Assembly (NCBI GenBank): GCA_964416295.1
Contig: CAYQDV010000001.1
Span: 1 to 52,988, forward strand
DNA from: an uncultured Planctomycetaceae bacterium
GTDB taxonomy: Bacteria > Planctomycetota > Phycisphaerae > UBA1845 > UTPLA1
Length of the DNA: 52,988 bases
Direction: 5' to 3'
A model generated the notes under the pieces. It was not told the DNA's origin, ran no database searches, and saw only the letters and a program-made list of their open reading frames with translations. This document shows positions 25,921 through 35,864 of the stretch, in pieces (position 1 is the stretch's first letter; each line of letters begins with the position of its first letter). The position numbers and the translations under genes are program-made.

Positions 25921-26964
25921 ATGGCGAGTGCGGCTGCCGTGACTGAGTCCGAAACCGACATCGAGGAGATGTCCGGGCTGCGCAAGGCGGCCATCCTGCT
26001 GGTGAGCATGGAAAAAGATGCCGCTTCGCAGATGATGAAGAAGCTCAGTTCGTCAGCCGTTGAGGACGTGACCCAGGAGGTCGCCATGTTGGGGGGGACC
26101 ACCGAGGCCCAGCGTCAGGCGGTCATCGCCGAGTTTCACGGGCTGGCTCTCGCGAAGGCCTATTCGGAACAAGGGGGAATCTCGTATGCGCGAGATCTGC
26201 TACGCAAGACGCTGAACAAGGACGAGGCCGACCGGATCATCGCCCAGATCGAAAACCAGGTCTACTCAAAGCCGTTCAGTTTTCTCCAGAAGACGGAAAG
26301 TGAGAATCTGCTGACGTTCATTCAGGATGAACACCCGCAGACCATCGCGTTGATTCTGGCGCACCTGACGTCTCAGAAATCGAGCGAGGTGCTCGCCGGC
26401 CTGCCGCTGGAGAAGCAGGTGGAGGTTTCCAATCGGATATCACGAATGGAGCAGACCAGCCCCGACGTCATCAAGGAGGTGGAAAAGGGGCTTCAACACC
26501 GGCTCAGCGGCATGATGAGCGAGCGATTGCAACGCGTCGGCGGTGTGGCCGCCGTAGCCGAGATGCTGAATCTCACCGACCGCGCTACGGAGAAGGCGAT
26601 TCTCGAGGCCATCGAGTCGGACGACCCTGAACTTGTGGAAGAGATTCGGCGGTTGATGTTTGTGTTCGAAGACATCCTGCTGGTCAACGACCGTGGCATT
26701 CAGGCCGTGTTGAAGGAGATCGAGAACAGTGAGTTGATTCTCGCCCTTCGGACCGCGAGCGAGGAACTCAAGGAGAAGATATTCGCCAATATGTCGGACC
26801 GCGCCGTGCAGTTGATCCGGGAAGAGATGGAGTACATGGGGCCGGTCCGCGTGCGGGATGTCGAGATGGCTCAGCAAAAGATCGTCGACGTCGTTCGGCG
26901 GCTCGAGGATGCCGGCGAGATCATCATCGCCGGCCGCGGCGGCGAGAGCGAGTTGATCGTCTGA
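25921..26964 (+). CDS. fliG: Flagellar motor switch protein FliG
   Basis: 347 aa. LRKAAILLVSMEKDAASQMMKKL..., MFVFEDILLVNDRGIQAVLKEI and the C-terminal torque helix region are FliG-typical. GGAGG RBS upstream. Confidence 0.92.
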   Translation: MASAAAVTESETDIEEMSGLRKAAILLVSMEKDAASQMMKKLSSSAVEDVTQEVAMLGGTTEAQRQAVIAEFHGLALAKAYSEQGGISYARDLLRKTLNKDEADRIIAQIENQVYSKPFSFLQKTESENLLTFIQDEHPQTIALILAHLTSQKSSEVLAGLPLEKQVEVSNRISRMEQTSPDVIKEVEKGLQHRLSGMMSERLQRVGGVAAVAEMLNLTDRATEKAILEAIESDDPELVEEIRRLMFVFEDILLVNDRGIQAVLKEIENSELILALRTASEELKEKIFANMSDRAVQLIREEMEYMGPVRVRDVEMAQQKIVDVVRRLEDAGEIIIAGRGGESELIV

Positions 26965-27082
26965 CCGGCGCGAGGCGGTGGAAGAGGACAGGATGAAAGA
27001 CATCGTCCGGCATGGCGTCACGCCGCGTGCCGCAGGCCGCGCCCGCTCGTATCAGGGCTTGCACGATTGAATCGGAGCTTTC

Positions 27083-27865
27083 GTGAGCAACACGATCATC
27101 AAGGCCGGAGAGCACAAGCCGCTGGCCAAAGGGGCCTGCCGGCTCGATCTGCGGGATATTTCCGCGATGGCGGAGACCGCACTGTCAGCGGCCCGGTCGG
27201 AAGCCGATCGCATCGTCGCGCGGGCGGGCGAGCAGGCCGCGGCGGAGCGTGATGCGGTGCGAGAGACCGCGCGCCGTGAGGGATACGAGGTGGGCTTCGA
27301 GACGGGGCAACAGGCGGGGCGGGAAGAGGCATTGGAGGCATCACGGCAGGCGTTCGCCACAGACCAGGCGTCGCTGGTGGCCGCTTTGACGTCGCTCGTC
27401 CGTGAATTCACTGCGAAGAGAGAGCACATGCTGCTCGCGGCGCGGCGCGACGTGGTCGTGCTGGCCATCGCGATCGCCCGGCGGCTCTCGCGACGCCTGG
27501 CTGGCATGGAAGACGTCGCGCCCGACATGGCGATCGAGGCTTGTGAGCAGGCCCTGTCGCTGATTCGCAACCAGACTGATGTCGTCGTTCACGTCCATCC
27601 CCACGATGCGGCGGCGATGCACCGGTTTCTCGATGGAAACGCCGGCAGACCCGGCGAGGAAGCGGCCTCGCCGGCGGATGCCGCTCGAGCCATGGCCGCT
27701 TCGGACCATTTCCGCATCGTCGAAGACGAGAAGATCGGGCAGGGCGGCCTGCTGATCGAGACAGCGGACGGGCGGGTGGATGCCACCGTTTCGGGACGTG
27801 TCGACCGCGTCGCGGACGAGCTGGTGGCGGCGTGGCGTCTGCGATGGAGGGAGCTTGGACTGTGA
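27083..27865 (+). CDS. fliH: Flagellar assembly protein FliH
   Basis: 260 aa. Ala/Glu/Arg-rich helical N-half. The C-terminal VHVHPHDAAAM...IVEDEKIGQGGLLIETADGRVDATVSGRVDRV is FliH/YscL-like. GTG start with GGAG upstream. Lies between fliG and fliI. Confidence 0.7.
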   Translation: MSNTIIKAGEHKPLAKGACRLDLRDISAMAETALSAARSEADRIVARAGEQAAAERDAVRETARREGYEVGFETGQQAGREEALEASRQAFATDQASLVAALTSLVREFTAKREHMLLAARRDVVVLAIAIARRLSRRLAGMEDVAPDMAIEACEQALSLIRNQTDVVVHVHPHDAAAMHRFLDGNAGRPGEEAASPADAARAMAASDHFRIVEDEKIGQGGLLIETADGRVDATVSGRVDRVADELVAAWRLRWRELGL

Positions 27866-27925
27866 CGGTCGCGCGAGCGACCTGCGGCACCGGCTTCCGA
27901 TGCTGACTGAGAATGCGGGACGAAC

Positions 27926-29272
27926 ATGACGGTCCTTGCCGAACAAATCCGGACGGCTCAGACGGCGGCGCTGCTCGGCGTGGTCGGTCGAGTCGTTTCC
28001 GTCACGGGGATGACGGTCCAGGCAGTCGGGCTTCCGGTGCCAGTGGGGTCGGTCTGTGAGATCGGCGAGGCCGGCCGCAGCGTGTCCGCGGAGGTCATCG
28101 GCTTCCGGAACAAGGTCACACTGCTGATGCCGCTGGGCGATTCCGGCGGGCTTTCCCGAGGGCAACCGGTCCGCTTCGTCACGGACGCCCGGAAGGTGGC
28201 GGTCGGCCCCGGGCTGTTGGGACGGGTGGTCGACGGAATGGGTCGAGCGTGTGATGCCGGACCACCGATCGCCGTCGATATGTACTATCCGCTCGATCGA
28301 ACGGCGCCAAAGGCGATGGATCGTACGCGTATCGATACCCCGTTGTCCGTGGGTATCCGCTCGATCAACGCTCTCCTGACGGCAGGGTCCGGGGGACGGC
28401 TGGGTTTCTTCGCCGGCACCGGCGTCGGCAAGAGCGTGCTGATGGGCATGATGACGCGATTCACTTCGGCGGACGTATCGGTGATCGCCCTGGTGGGTGA
28501 GCGTGGCCGCGAGGTCGGCGATTTCCTGGCGAAGGAACTGGGGCCGGATGGCTTGAAACGATCCGTCGTCATCAGCAGTACGTCGGACCAGTCGCCGCTG
28601 CTGCGCGTCCGAGCGGGATTCGTGGCGACCGCCATCGCGGAGTATTTCCGAGACCGCGGCAAAGAGGTGTTGTTGTTGATGGACTCGGTCACCCGGCTGG
28701 CGATGGCCGCACGGCAGATTGGTCTGGCGGCGGGCGAACCCCCGGCGACCAAGGGCTATCCCCCCAGCGTGTTCGCCCTGTTGCCGCGGTTGCTGGAGCG
28801 CAGCGGGCGGACGGCGCGGGGGTCCATCACGGGCCTCTACACGGTGCTGGTCGAGGGAGACGACCTCAATGATCCGATCGCCGATGCGGTTCGCGGCATC
28901 CTGGACGGGCACATCTGGCTTTCCCGGCGGATCGCCGGGCGCGGCCAGTACCCGGCGGTCAGCGTGTTGGACAGTGTGAGCCGGCTGATGCCGGACGTCA
29001 CCGACGCGGAGCACCTGGCCGCGGCTCGAAAGGTTCGCAGACTGCTGTCGACCTGGGCGGAGATTGAGGATCTTGTCAACATCGGCGCTTACGCCGCGGG
29101 CAGCAACGCCGAGTTCGATCTCGTCATCCGGATGCGTCCGGAGATCGAATCGTTCATGCAGCAAGGCATGCACGATGGATACGATTTCGATGCGTCCCGA
29201 GCGGCGCTCCTGGCGTTGTCAAGACGAGCGGATGAGGTTTCGGAGAAGCTGGAAAAGGGTCCGTCGAAGTAG
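27926..29272 (+). CDS. fliI: Flagellum-specific ATPase FliI
   Basis: Walker A GTGVGKSVLMGMM, Walker B LLLMDSVTR, and F1/T3SS-ATPase-like sequence over the full length of 448 aa. Confidence 0.95.
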   Translation: MTVLAEQIRTAQTAALLGVVGRVVSVTGMTVQAVGLPVPVGSVCEIGEAGRSVSAEVIGFRNKVTLLMPLGDSGGLSRGQPVRFVTDARKVAVGPGLLGRVVDGMGRACDAGPPIAVDMYYPLDRTAPKAMDRTRIDTPLSVGIRSINALLTAGSGGRLGFFAGTGVGKSVLMGMMTRFTSADVSVIALVGERGREVGDFLAKELGPDGLKRSVVISSTSDQSPLLRVRAGFVATAIAEYFRDRGKEVLLLMDSVTRLAMAARQIGLAAGEPPATKGYPPSVFALLPRLLERSGRTARGSITGLYTVLVEGDDLNDPIADAVRGILDGHIWLSRRIAGRGQYPAVSVLDSVSRLMPDVTDAEHLAAARKVRRLLSTWAEIEDLVNIGAYAAGSNAEFDLVIRMRPEIESFMQQGMHDGYDFDASRAALLALSRRADEVSEKLEKGPSK

Positions 29273-29310
29273 GCGCCTCGCCGCTGCGATCGACGACAGG
29301 AGTGTGATGC

Positions 29311-29784
29311 ATGGCAGTGCAACGCGTGTTCCGTTTTGAGACGCTCCGGCGTCTGCGCAAAGCCAGGGAAGATGAGAGGAAACGGATCGTCGCCGCGCGG
29401 TTGCGGACCATCGCCTCGCTCGGGCGGCAGCGCGACGTGCTGGAATCGCAGGTTCGGCAGCAGACCGACGTCCTGCGCGAGGCGCTGATCCGGCCTCGAG
29501 CGGAGATCGCCGGATTGAGGTGGGGTCGACATTGGGTCAGCCGGCTGCGCCGTCAGGCCCTCGAGATTGAAGCAAGAATTGCCGAAGAGCGGGCGCTCCT
29601 TGCGCAGGAGCGGGCCGAACTGACCGCCGCGCGAAAGGAAACCAAGGTCATGGATCGATTGAAGGAAAGACAGCGCGATCTGCTGATGGCCGAGGAGGCG
29701 CGGCGCGAGCAACGGGACACGGATGAGTTGAACACGGTCCGATTTGTATTCGCGCGAATCGCCGCCGGAGACGACGCATCGTGA
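29311..29784 (+). CDS. fliJ: Flagellar export protein FliJ
   Basis: 157-aa Arg/Glu-rich coiled coil (FRFETLRRLRKAREDERKRIVAARL...). Conserved slot after fliI. Confidence 0.65.
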   Translation: MAVQRVFRFETLRRLRKAREDERKRIVAARLRTIASLGRQRDVLESQVRQQTDVLREALIRPRAEIAGLRWGRHWVSRLRRQALEIEARIAEERALLAQERAELTAARKETKVMDRLKERQRDLLMAEEARREQRDTDELNTVRFVFARIAAGDDAS

Positions 29785-30440
29785 AGCGACTGGTGTCGAT
29801 TCTGTCCGTCGTGTCCTTGTTGAACGTCATGGCCTTGGCGGCCTTGGCGGGATACGCCTGGAGCGGAGGCTGGTTGGCACCGGACCGTGTGCGAGCGGCA
29901 GCGAGCATCTTGCGGGACGGGGTCGTGGACGGCGTCGAGGAGGTCGCTTCGACACAACCCACCGGCGCGGCCGCGACGATCGGCGAGCGAATCGAGCAGA
30001 ATGAAGAGGCCGTCCGCGTTCGCCGGGCCGAGCTGGATCGCCGACAGCGCGAGATCGAGCAGGCATGGCAACAGTTGGAAACCCAGCAGTTGGCGTTTCT
30101 CAAGGAGCGAGAGTCCTTCGAGACGGCAAGAAGGAGAGAGGCTGCTGAGGCCGACGAGCGTGCTCGGAAGGCGGGCGACAGCGGTTGGCAGCGGGAACTG
30201 GAACTGATGGGAACCGTGAAAGCCAAGCTGGCGAAGAGCTTATTGAAGGACAAGCCGGACGCCGAGGTCGTCAAGGTTCTGATGGAACTGGATATTCGCA
30301 AGGCCAAGAAGATCGTCGAGCAGTGCAAGACGTCAGAGGAGCGCCAGTGGATCGGGCGTATCCTGGGTCAACTTCAGGATCGCAGTGCGTCGCAGGCGGA
30401 GGCCCTGGGTGCAGGCACGGTGTCAAACCCGGGAGCCTGA
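29781..30440 (+). CDS. MotE/YlxF-like flagellar protein (N-terminal TM, coiled coil, MgtE_N-like C-terminus)
   Basis: TM segment LVSILSVVSLLNVMALAALAGY, a charged coiled coil, and KLAKSLLKDKPDAEVVKVLMELDIRKAKKIVEQ, which resembles the MgtE_N/MotE family. GTGA overlap with the fliJ stop. Same slot as ylxF in Bacillus. Confidence 0.5.
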   Translation: MKRLVSILSVVSLLNVMALAALAGYAWSGGWLAPDRVRAAASILRDGVVDGVEEVASTQPTGAAATIGERIEQNEEAVRVRRAELDRRQREIEQAWQQLETQQLAFLKERESFETARRREAAEADERARKAGDSGWQRELELMGTVKAKLAKSLLKDKPDAEVVKVLMELDIRKAKKIVEQCKTSEERQWIGRILGQLQDRSASQAEALGAGTVSNPGA

Positions 30441-30443
30441 TTC

Positions 30444-32198
30444 ATGGCTCATGTCACGGGGGCCGGGACGCTCCGGCCCGGCGGAGTCGAGCGAACGGCT
30501 CGCGCCGACAGGCGTCAATCCAGACGCGCCGACAGATTTGACCGATACCTGGATGACCTCCGATCGGGTTCCGGCTCCGATACGGCACGCGTGCCGGACG
30601 AGCCTTCATCCAGACCACAGGCCGACGACGACAGGACCGTTCGAACGGACGATGGAACCGCTCCGCCAACGCCCCCCCCGGCGCACCTTGAACTGATTCC
30701 ACCAAGCGTCGCGACGCCGACCGAAGACCGCAGCGCCCCAGCTCAGGCTCAGGACAGCGGCGCAACCTCGACCGTGGGTTCTGCCCCAACGACCGCGTCT
30801 GCAGGCACCCTCCCACCGAGTTTTCCGGCGTCCATCCCACGGCCCGGTGCTGGGACGGACTCGCAGAAATCGTCTCTGACCGGAACGAGTTCGACTGAGG
30901 CGATTCTGGCAGTGGATGCTGTCCCGGTGGCTCCCACATCGATCGATTCGACCGTCACGGCAGACGCGGCGCCGGACACGGGCATCACGACGACCGGAGA
31001 TCAACCCTCAACCACACCGAGTGAGCAACCTCTCGCCGGAAGCGCCGATGCCCAGGACTTGCCGGGCCGAAACGTTGCGGCGGGGCAGAACACGAGTACC
31101 GCGGCCGCCCCCTCCGAACCGGTGGCCGCTCAGGCCGGCGAAGCAGCCGTGGCCGACACGGCCACAGCACCTGACGCACGAGGACGGCAGGCACCGGCTG
31201 ACGCATCGGAGCCGGTTGCTGCGGGGGACACGGTTTTCGACCGCATGGTGCGTAAGGTGGAAGAACAGGTCACTGAACAGGCTTCTCGGACTCAGGACAG
31301 ACGACGCTCTCGAGATTCCGCCGTCAAAGGCGAGGCAGCGTCAGTTCGACCCTCTGTCCGTGTGCAGCACTCGGGATCTGATCCGCTTTCGTCACAAACA
31401 CGATCGTCGATAGGAGCGGATCCGGCCGAACTCTCCGCGACGAGCGGGAGTAGATTGGGCGATGGTCTGGCGGCTCGGATCGGGCGATTCCTGATCGGCT
31501 CGACCGATGTGGCCGGCGTTGACGCGACTGCGGTGGCGCCTCAAGGCACGGCTGCCGGACCACCGGCATCGTCCAGACTCATCACGCCGACGACCGGCGT
31601 TTCGGGCGCCGGCCCGGCGGGACACACGTTCAGCCGGATTCTGGCCGCAGGTGCCGATGGTGCGGACGCGATAGACGGCACGGCGCGACTCCTGCACGCA
31701 GCCGGCGGACAGGGGCGCTATCAAGCGACGCTTCAACTCGAGCCACCGGAGCTGGGCCAACTCCGCGTGCAGCTCCGGATGCACCATCAGGCGATGACGC
31801 TGCGTGTCGATGCAGACAACGCTGCCGCAGGACGCCTCATCGGCACGCACATGAGCGATCTGCGCGATGCGCTGGCCATCCACGGAATTCGCGTGGACCG
31901 TGCGGACGTCGTCGTGCGTTCCGAGTCGCCGGGGCAAGCGGGTGCCCACACGCAGTACGGCGGCGGTTCGACGGGCGGCGATGACAACCCATCGGGATCC
32001 GCAACGTCGGACTGGAATGATGGAGGCGGGCGAACAGACGGTGGCCCGCAGGATCAGCGTCGCTCCGGAGGTCGTTCGGCCGACCGTCCGGAGAATGCCG
32101 AGCAGCCGGCTCGGCTCGCCGCCGGGCAACGGACCGTGGAGCGGGTGGGCGATGGGATGACATCGGCAGCGGAGCTGTCGCTCGATCTGGTAGCGTGA
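30444..32198 (+). CDS. fliK: Flagellar hook-length control protein FliK
   Basis: Long Thr/Ser/Pro/Ala-rich ruler region. The C-terminal Flg_hook-type domain is RYQATLQLEPPELGQLRVQLRMHHQAMTLRVDADNAAAGRLIGTHMSDLRDAL. Lies immediately before flgD. Confidence 0.8.
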   Translation: MAHVTGAGTLRPGGVERTARADRRQSRRADRFDRYLDDLRSGSGSDTARVPDEPSSRPQADDDRTVRTDDGTAPPTPPPAHLELIPPSVATPTEDRSAPAQAQDSGATSTVGSAPTTASAGTLPPSFPASIPRPGAGTDSQKSSLTGTSSTEAILAVDAVPVAPTSIDSTVTADAAPDTGITTTGDQPSTTPSEQPLAGSADAQDLPGRNVAAGQNTSTAAAPSEPVAAQAGEAAVADTATAPDARGRQAPADASEPVAAGDTVFDRMVRKVEEQVTEQASRTQDRRRSRDSAVKGEAASVRPSVRVQHSGSDPLSSQTRSSIGADPAELSATSGSRLGDGLAARIGRFLIGSTDVAGVDATAVAPQGTAAGPPASSRLITPTTGVSGAGPAGHTFSRILAAGADGADAIDGTARLLHAAGGQGRYQATLQLEPPELGQLRVQLRMHHQAMTLRVDADNAAAGRLIGTHMSDLRDALAIHGIRVDRADVVVRSESPGQAGAHTQYGGGSTGGDDNPSGSATSDWNDGGGRTDGGPQDQRRSGGRSADRPENAEQPARLAAGQRTVERVGDGMTSAAELSLDLVA

Positions 32199-32262
32199 GG
32201 CGTCCGACGGAGCGGACCCTTCGCCAACGTCGCGGCTGTCATGCCGCGTAAAGGGACCAGTC

Positions 32263-32940
32263 ATGGATGTTTCAGGCATCGGTGGTGCGGGAGCGGCAAC
32301 GGCAAGCCCGCCGTCGTCGAAGGGATTTGACGATTTGAAGAGCGAGGACTTTTTCGCGCTGATGATCGCGGAATTGCAGGCTCAGGACCCGCTGAAGCCC
32401 ACGGACAACCAGCAACTCTTCACACAAATGTCGCAGGTCCGGCAGATCGAGCAGTCGGTGACTCTCAACCGGACTCTTCAGTCCCTCGCGGGCGAACAGC
32501 GGTTCGGAGCGACGACGAGTCTGATCGGCCAGTTCGTCTCGGGCACGCTGACAAACGACGCCGGCAACACGTTCGATGTTCAAGGCGTGGTGGTTGGTGT
32601 GCGGTTCGAGGGCGACGGCAAGGCGATTCTCGATCTGCACAACGGCGTCTCGATACCGGCGGACAAGGTCAATCAGGTGACGCTCGTCGAGAATCTCCCG
32701 CCGGACGTGCTGGATCAGATCCAGGCGGAGTGGGCTGCGGCCAGGGCCGGTGATCCCACATCCGATGCGGCTCCGCCGAACGACCCTGCCACCGCGAAGT
32801 CGATCCGGTCGGACGCGACCCGGTCTCGCCAGGTGCCGGGAGCGGACGCGTTCCGTGAACTGGGACGCGGCGTGGATACCACGGCTGCGATTCTGGATTC
32901 GATCCTGTCGCCGGGCGTGAGCGTCGGCGTCGGTGTCTAG
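32263..32940 (+). CDS. flgD: Flagellar hook capping/assembly protein FlgD
   Basis: SEDFFALMIAELQAQDPLKPTDNQQLFTQMSQVRQIEQ is the FlgD N-terminal signature. Lies before flgE. Confidence 0.85.
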   Translation: MDVSGIGGAGAATASPPSSKGFDDLKSEDFFALMIAELQAQDPLKPTDNQQLFTQMSQVRQIEQSVTLNRTLQSLAGEQRFGATTSLIGQFVSGTLTNDAGNTFDVQGVVVGVRFEGDGKAILDLHNGVSIPADKVNQVTLVENLPPDVLDQIQAEWAAARAGDPTSDAAPPNDPATAKSIRSDATRSRQVPGADAFRELGRGVDTTAAILDSILSPGVSVGVGV

Positions 32941-33049
32941 CTCGCCTGAGCGGGCCCGGCTATTGAGCCGCGGCGCGCACGCGGATACGCACGATCACGA
33001 GTTCGATCGCCGTCGAAACAGGACCAATCGCCACCGGAGATTCGCAAAG

Positions 33050-34723
33050 ATGGGTTTGACATCAGCACTGTTTACAGGACTGTCCGGCCTGAACACGAGC
33101 CAGTTTCAACTTGACGTCATCGGCGACAACATCGCCAACGTCAACACGACAGCCTTCAAGAGTTCGCGCACACTGTTTCAGACACAGTTCGCGCGAACGT
33201 TGACGTCCGGAACCAAACCCAGTGCCGCTCAGGGAGGAACCAACCCGGCTCAAGTCGGGCTGGGTTCGGTTGTCGGCACGATCCAGCGTTCCTTTGAGCC
33301 GGGCGCGTTGGAAACGACGGGGCTGCCCAGTGATCTTGCGATTGAGGGCGAAGGATTCTTCGTCCTGCGTTCCCCCGAAAACGAGCAGGTGTTTTCGCGC
33401 GACGGCACCTTTACGCTCAGCGCGGACAACCGGTTGATCAACCAGGATGGATTCGCGGTGCAGGGGTTCAGCGTCAACGACAAGTTCCAGTTGATCCCGG
33501 GAGCGCTCGGCGATCTGACCATTCCCATCGGGGAATTGACGACTGCGAAGGCCACGGCGACGGCGCAGCTCGACGGGACGCTCAACTCCTCCGGCACCGT
33601 CGCCACGAAGGGCACGATCCTGCAATCCCAGGTGCTCAACGACGCCGCGGGCAATCCCATCACTGCGGCGACCGACCTGACGGTGGTTCGGAATGTCGGT
33701 GGCGCTCCGCTCCTCGCGACCGGGGACGTGATTTCGATCAATGGCGTCAAGAAGGGCGGCCGCGATCTTCCCGGCGAGACCTTCACGGTCGGCACGACGG
33801 GCACAACGGTGGGCAGTTTCCTGACATGGCTCGACAACACGTTGGGCGTCGATACGACGGTCGGCGTTGGGGGAAGTCCGGGCACGTCGGTTAGCGGCGG
33901 CAAGCTTCAAATCAGCGGCAATGTCGGGACGGAGAACTTCCTGTCCATTCAACCCGGCACGCTAATCAGCAGCGGAACGACGAGCACGCCCTTCACGTTC
34001 ACCGAGACGCAGGCGGCAGACGGTGAGAGTGCCCACACCTCGTTCCTCGTGTACGACTCGCTCGGTACGCCGATCACGGTCGGCCTGACCATGGTGCTGG
34101 AGGCCCGCACGACGGCGAGCAGCACGTGGAGATTCTACGCGGATGCGGAGTTGGACAGTGACGTCCAGTTCGACGTGGGGACCGGCACGATCCAGTTCGA
34201 TGCGAACGGCCAATTCGTCACGGCACCCTCGAACGGCATCGTGATCAACCGCATCAATTCCGGAGCCACCGAACCGCTTCCCATCTCGTTCGACTTTTCG
34301 CAGATGAGTGGACTGAATGTATCCCGGTCCTCCTTGGTGATGAGCTTTCAGGACGGATTCCCGACCGGAACACTGATTGAATTCAACGTCGGTGACGATG
34401 GCCTGATTACGGGCACATTTTCGAACGGCGGTTTGCAGACGATCGGGCAGATGGCGATGGCGACGTTCGCCAATCCGCCGGGGTTGATCGCCCGGGCCAA
34501 CAGCATCTTTTTCATCGGTCCCAACAGTGGCGAAGCTCGGATCACGGCGCCGCTGACGCTGGGAGCGGGGCGCATCAAGGCCGGGGCGCTGGAGTTGAGC
34601 AACGTGGACCTGTCGCGCGAGTTCATTGGGTTGATCAACGCGTCGACGGCCTTCTCGGCGGCGAGCCGCGTGATCACGACGTCGAACGATCTCTTGCAGC
34701 AACTGCTGCTGATTGCCCGGTAG
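33050..34723 (+). CDS. flgE: Flagellar hook protein FlgE
   Basis: MGLTSALFTGLSGLNTSQFQLDVIGDNIANVNTTAFK at the N-terminus and LELSNVDLSREFIGLINASTAFSAASRVITTSNDLLQQLL at the C-terminus. ATG 33050 with GGAG upstream. The longer ORF from 32933 overlaps flgD and adds a non-family leader. Confidence 0.92.
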   Translation: MGLTSALFTGLSGLNTSQFQLDVIGDNIANVNTTAFKSSRTLFQTQFARTLTSGTKPSAAQGGTNPAQVGLGSVVGTIQRSFEPGALETTGLPSDLAIEGEGFFVLRSPENEQVFSRDGTFTLSADNRLINQDGFAVQGFSVNDKFQLIPGALGDLTIPIGELTTAKATATAQLDGTLNSSGTVATKGTILQSQVLNDAAGNPITAATDLTVVRNVGGAPLLATGDVISINGVKKGGRDLPGETFTVGTTGTTVGSFLTWLDNTLGVDTTVGVGGSPGTSVSGGKLQISGNVGTENFLSIQPGTLISSGTTSTPFTFTETQAADGESAHTSFLVYDSLGTPITVGLTMVLEARTTASSTWRFYADAELDSDVQFDVGTGTIQFDANGQFVTAPSNGIVINRINSGATEPLPISFDFSQMSGLNVSRSSLVMSFQDGFPTGTLIEFNVGDDGLITGTFSNGGLQTIGQMAMATFANPPGLIARANSIFFIGPNSGEARITAPLTLGAGRIKAGALELSNVDLSREFIGLINASTAFSAASRVITTSNDLLQQLLLIAR

Positions 34724-34768
34724 GGTGCGGCAGCGGCCAGAGAGACCCGTAGCCGGACGAGGATCCTC

Positions 34769-34960
34769 ATGATCTCGGTCACACGACTGAACGGCAAGCC
34801 GTTTGTCATGAACGCGGAGTTGATCAAGACCATCGAATCGACGCCGGACACGATGGTCACGCTGATCAGTGGCGAGCACCTGGTCGTCAAGGAGTCTGTG
34901 GAGGAGGTGGTTCGCCGCGCGGTGGCCTACTGTCGGTCCATCCGGGCCTTCCCGGCGTGA
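34769..34960 (+). CDS. flbD: Flagellar protein FlbD
   Basis: 63 aa. MISVTRLNGKPFVMNAELIKTIESTPDTMVTLISGEHLVVKESVEEVV matches the FlbD family. Canonical slot after flgE. Confidence 0.8.
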   Translation: MISVTRLNGKPFVMNAELIKTIESTPDTMVTLISGEHLVVKESVEEVVRRAVAYCRSIRAFPA

Positions 34961-34995
34961 CGCCGCCGACGCGCAGTTGGTGCGCCTGTGAGCGG

Positions 34996-35012
34996 CGCCG
35001 AGGCCCTCGGCG
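34996..35012 (+). terminator. Short GC-rich hairpin after flbD (candidate operon boundary)
   Basis: cgccgagg-c-cctcggcg, effectively a 6-bp stem with a 5-nt loop, followed by tatgtcc. It lies at the start of the 280-nt flbD-fliL gap. Weak. Confidence 0.3.
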
Positions 35013-35240
35013 TATGTCCTCCGAGCGTCGTAGCCCGGCAGGTGAAGACTCGCGCAGTTTCCGCCGCCTGCGCGCACCGGCACACTCGACCGCGTCCCTG
35101 CAGAAACTGCGCCGGCCGCGCCGTTGTTGACAGGAGTCCTATCTGACACGCCGGTGGTGCGGTGGAGCGGGCGCAGGAATCGACCGATAAACACCTGGTT
35201 GCATGCAGAAGCGTGACGCAGACGGAACAGGTGGGTCGCC

Positions 35241-35777
35241 ATGGCTGCTGATTCGGAATCTCCCAAGACAGAACCTGAAGAAGCTCCTGCCGGTGCGCCG
35301 GCGAAGCGTCCCAAGAAGATGCTGACGTTCGGCCTCATCGGCGGTGTGATGTTGGTCGAAGGTTTGGCGATCTTCGCTTTCATGAAAATGTACGGGACGG
35401 AGCCGGACCCGACGCTGGGGCTGGAACTGGCGCCAACCACGAACCCGTGGGCGGAATACGCGGAGATTGAGGTCGCCACGTTGCGCGTGGCCAACACCAG
35501 CGCGGGGCGGACGATTCTGTACAACGTCAAGATCGTTGTCACCGTTCACCATGACAAAGAGCAGCAGTTGAAGGACATCTTCGAGAAGCGCAAGTGGACG
35601 ATCGACGACGCCATCAGCCGCCTGATCCAAGAGGCTTCGGAGCTCGAGATGAGTGAGCCGGGCAAGGAATCTTTGAAGCGCAAGGTGCGCCACGAGCTCA
35701 GCCAGATCATCCATGACGATGCGATGGTCGAGGAGGTTCTCATTCCTGAGCTGATCGCTCTTCCGACCGGTTTCTAG
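35241..35777 (+). CDS. fliL: Flagellar basal body-associated protein FliL
   Basis: N-terminal TM segment (LTFGLIGGVMLVEGLAIFAFM). YNVKIVVTVHHDKEQQLKDIFEKRKWTIDDAISRLIQEAS...SLKRKVRHELSQII matches the FliL family pattern. Confidence 0.8.
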   Translation: MAADSESPKTEPEEAPAGAPAKRPKKMLTFGLIGGVMLVEGLAIFAFMKMYGTEPDPTLGLELAPTTNPWAEYAEIEVATLRVANTSAGRTILYNVKIVVTVHHDKEQQLKDIFEKRKWTIDDAISRLIQEASELEMSEPGKESLKRKVRHELSQIIHDDAMVEEVLIPELIALPTGF

Positions 35778-35864
35778 CCCGTCGAAGGGTGATGATCCCA
35801 TCGGGATACTTCAAGACGACCATCGAGGCAGGATGCCGCGCGTAGCCATGGAAGGTTGACCCCA

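Noticed and set aside
27341-29173. 610-aa minus-strand ORF opposite fliI. Similar long antisense ORFs occur at 186-1523, 14516-16189, 21238-22593, 33962-35542, 39306-40700 and 42175-43530.
   Set aside because: All are Arg/Pro/Ser/Gly/His-rich with no recognisable domains. Each lies exactly opposite a confidently identified gene, and they share third-codon positions with it. This is the classic high-GC shadow frame.
35125-35130. Perfect TTGACA -35 hexamer in the flbD-fliL gap.
   Set aside because: No acceptable -10 hexamer lies 16-18 nt downstream (gccggt or cgccgg), so an isolated hexamer is not enough to call a promoter.
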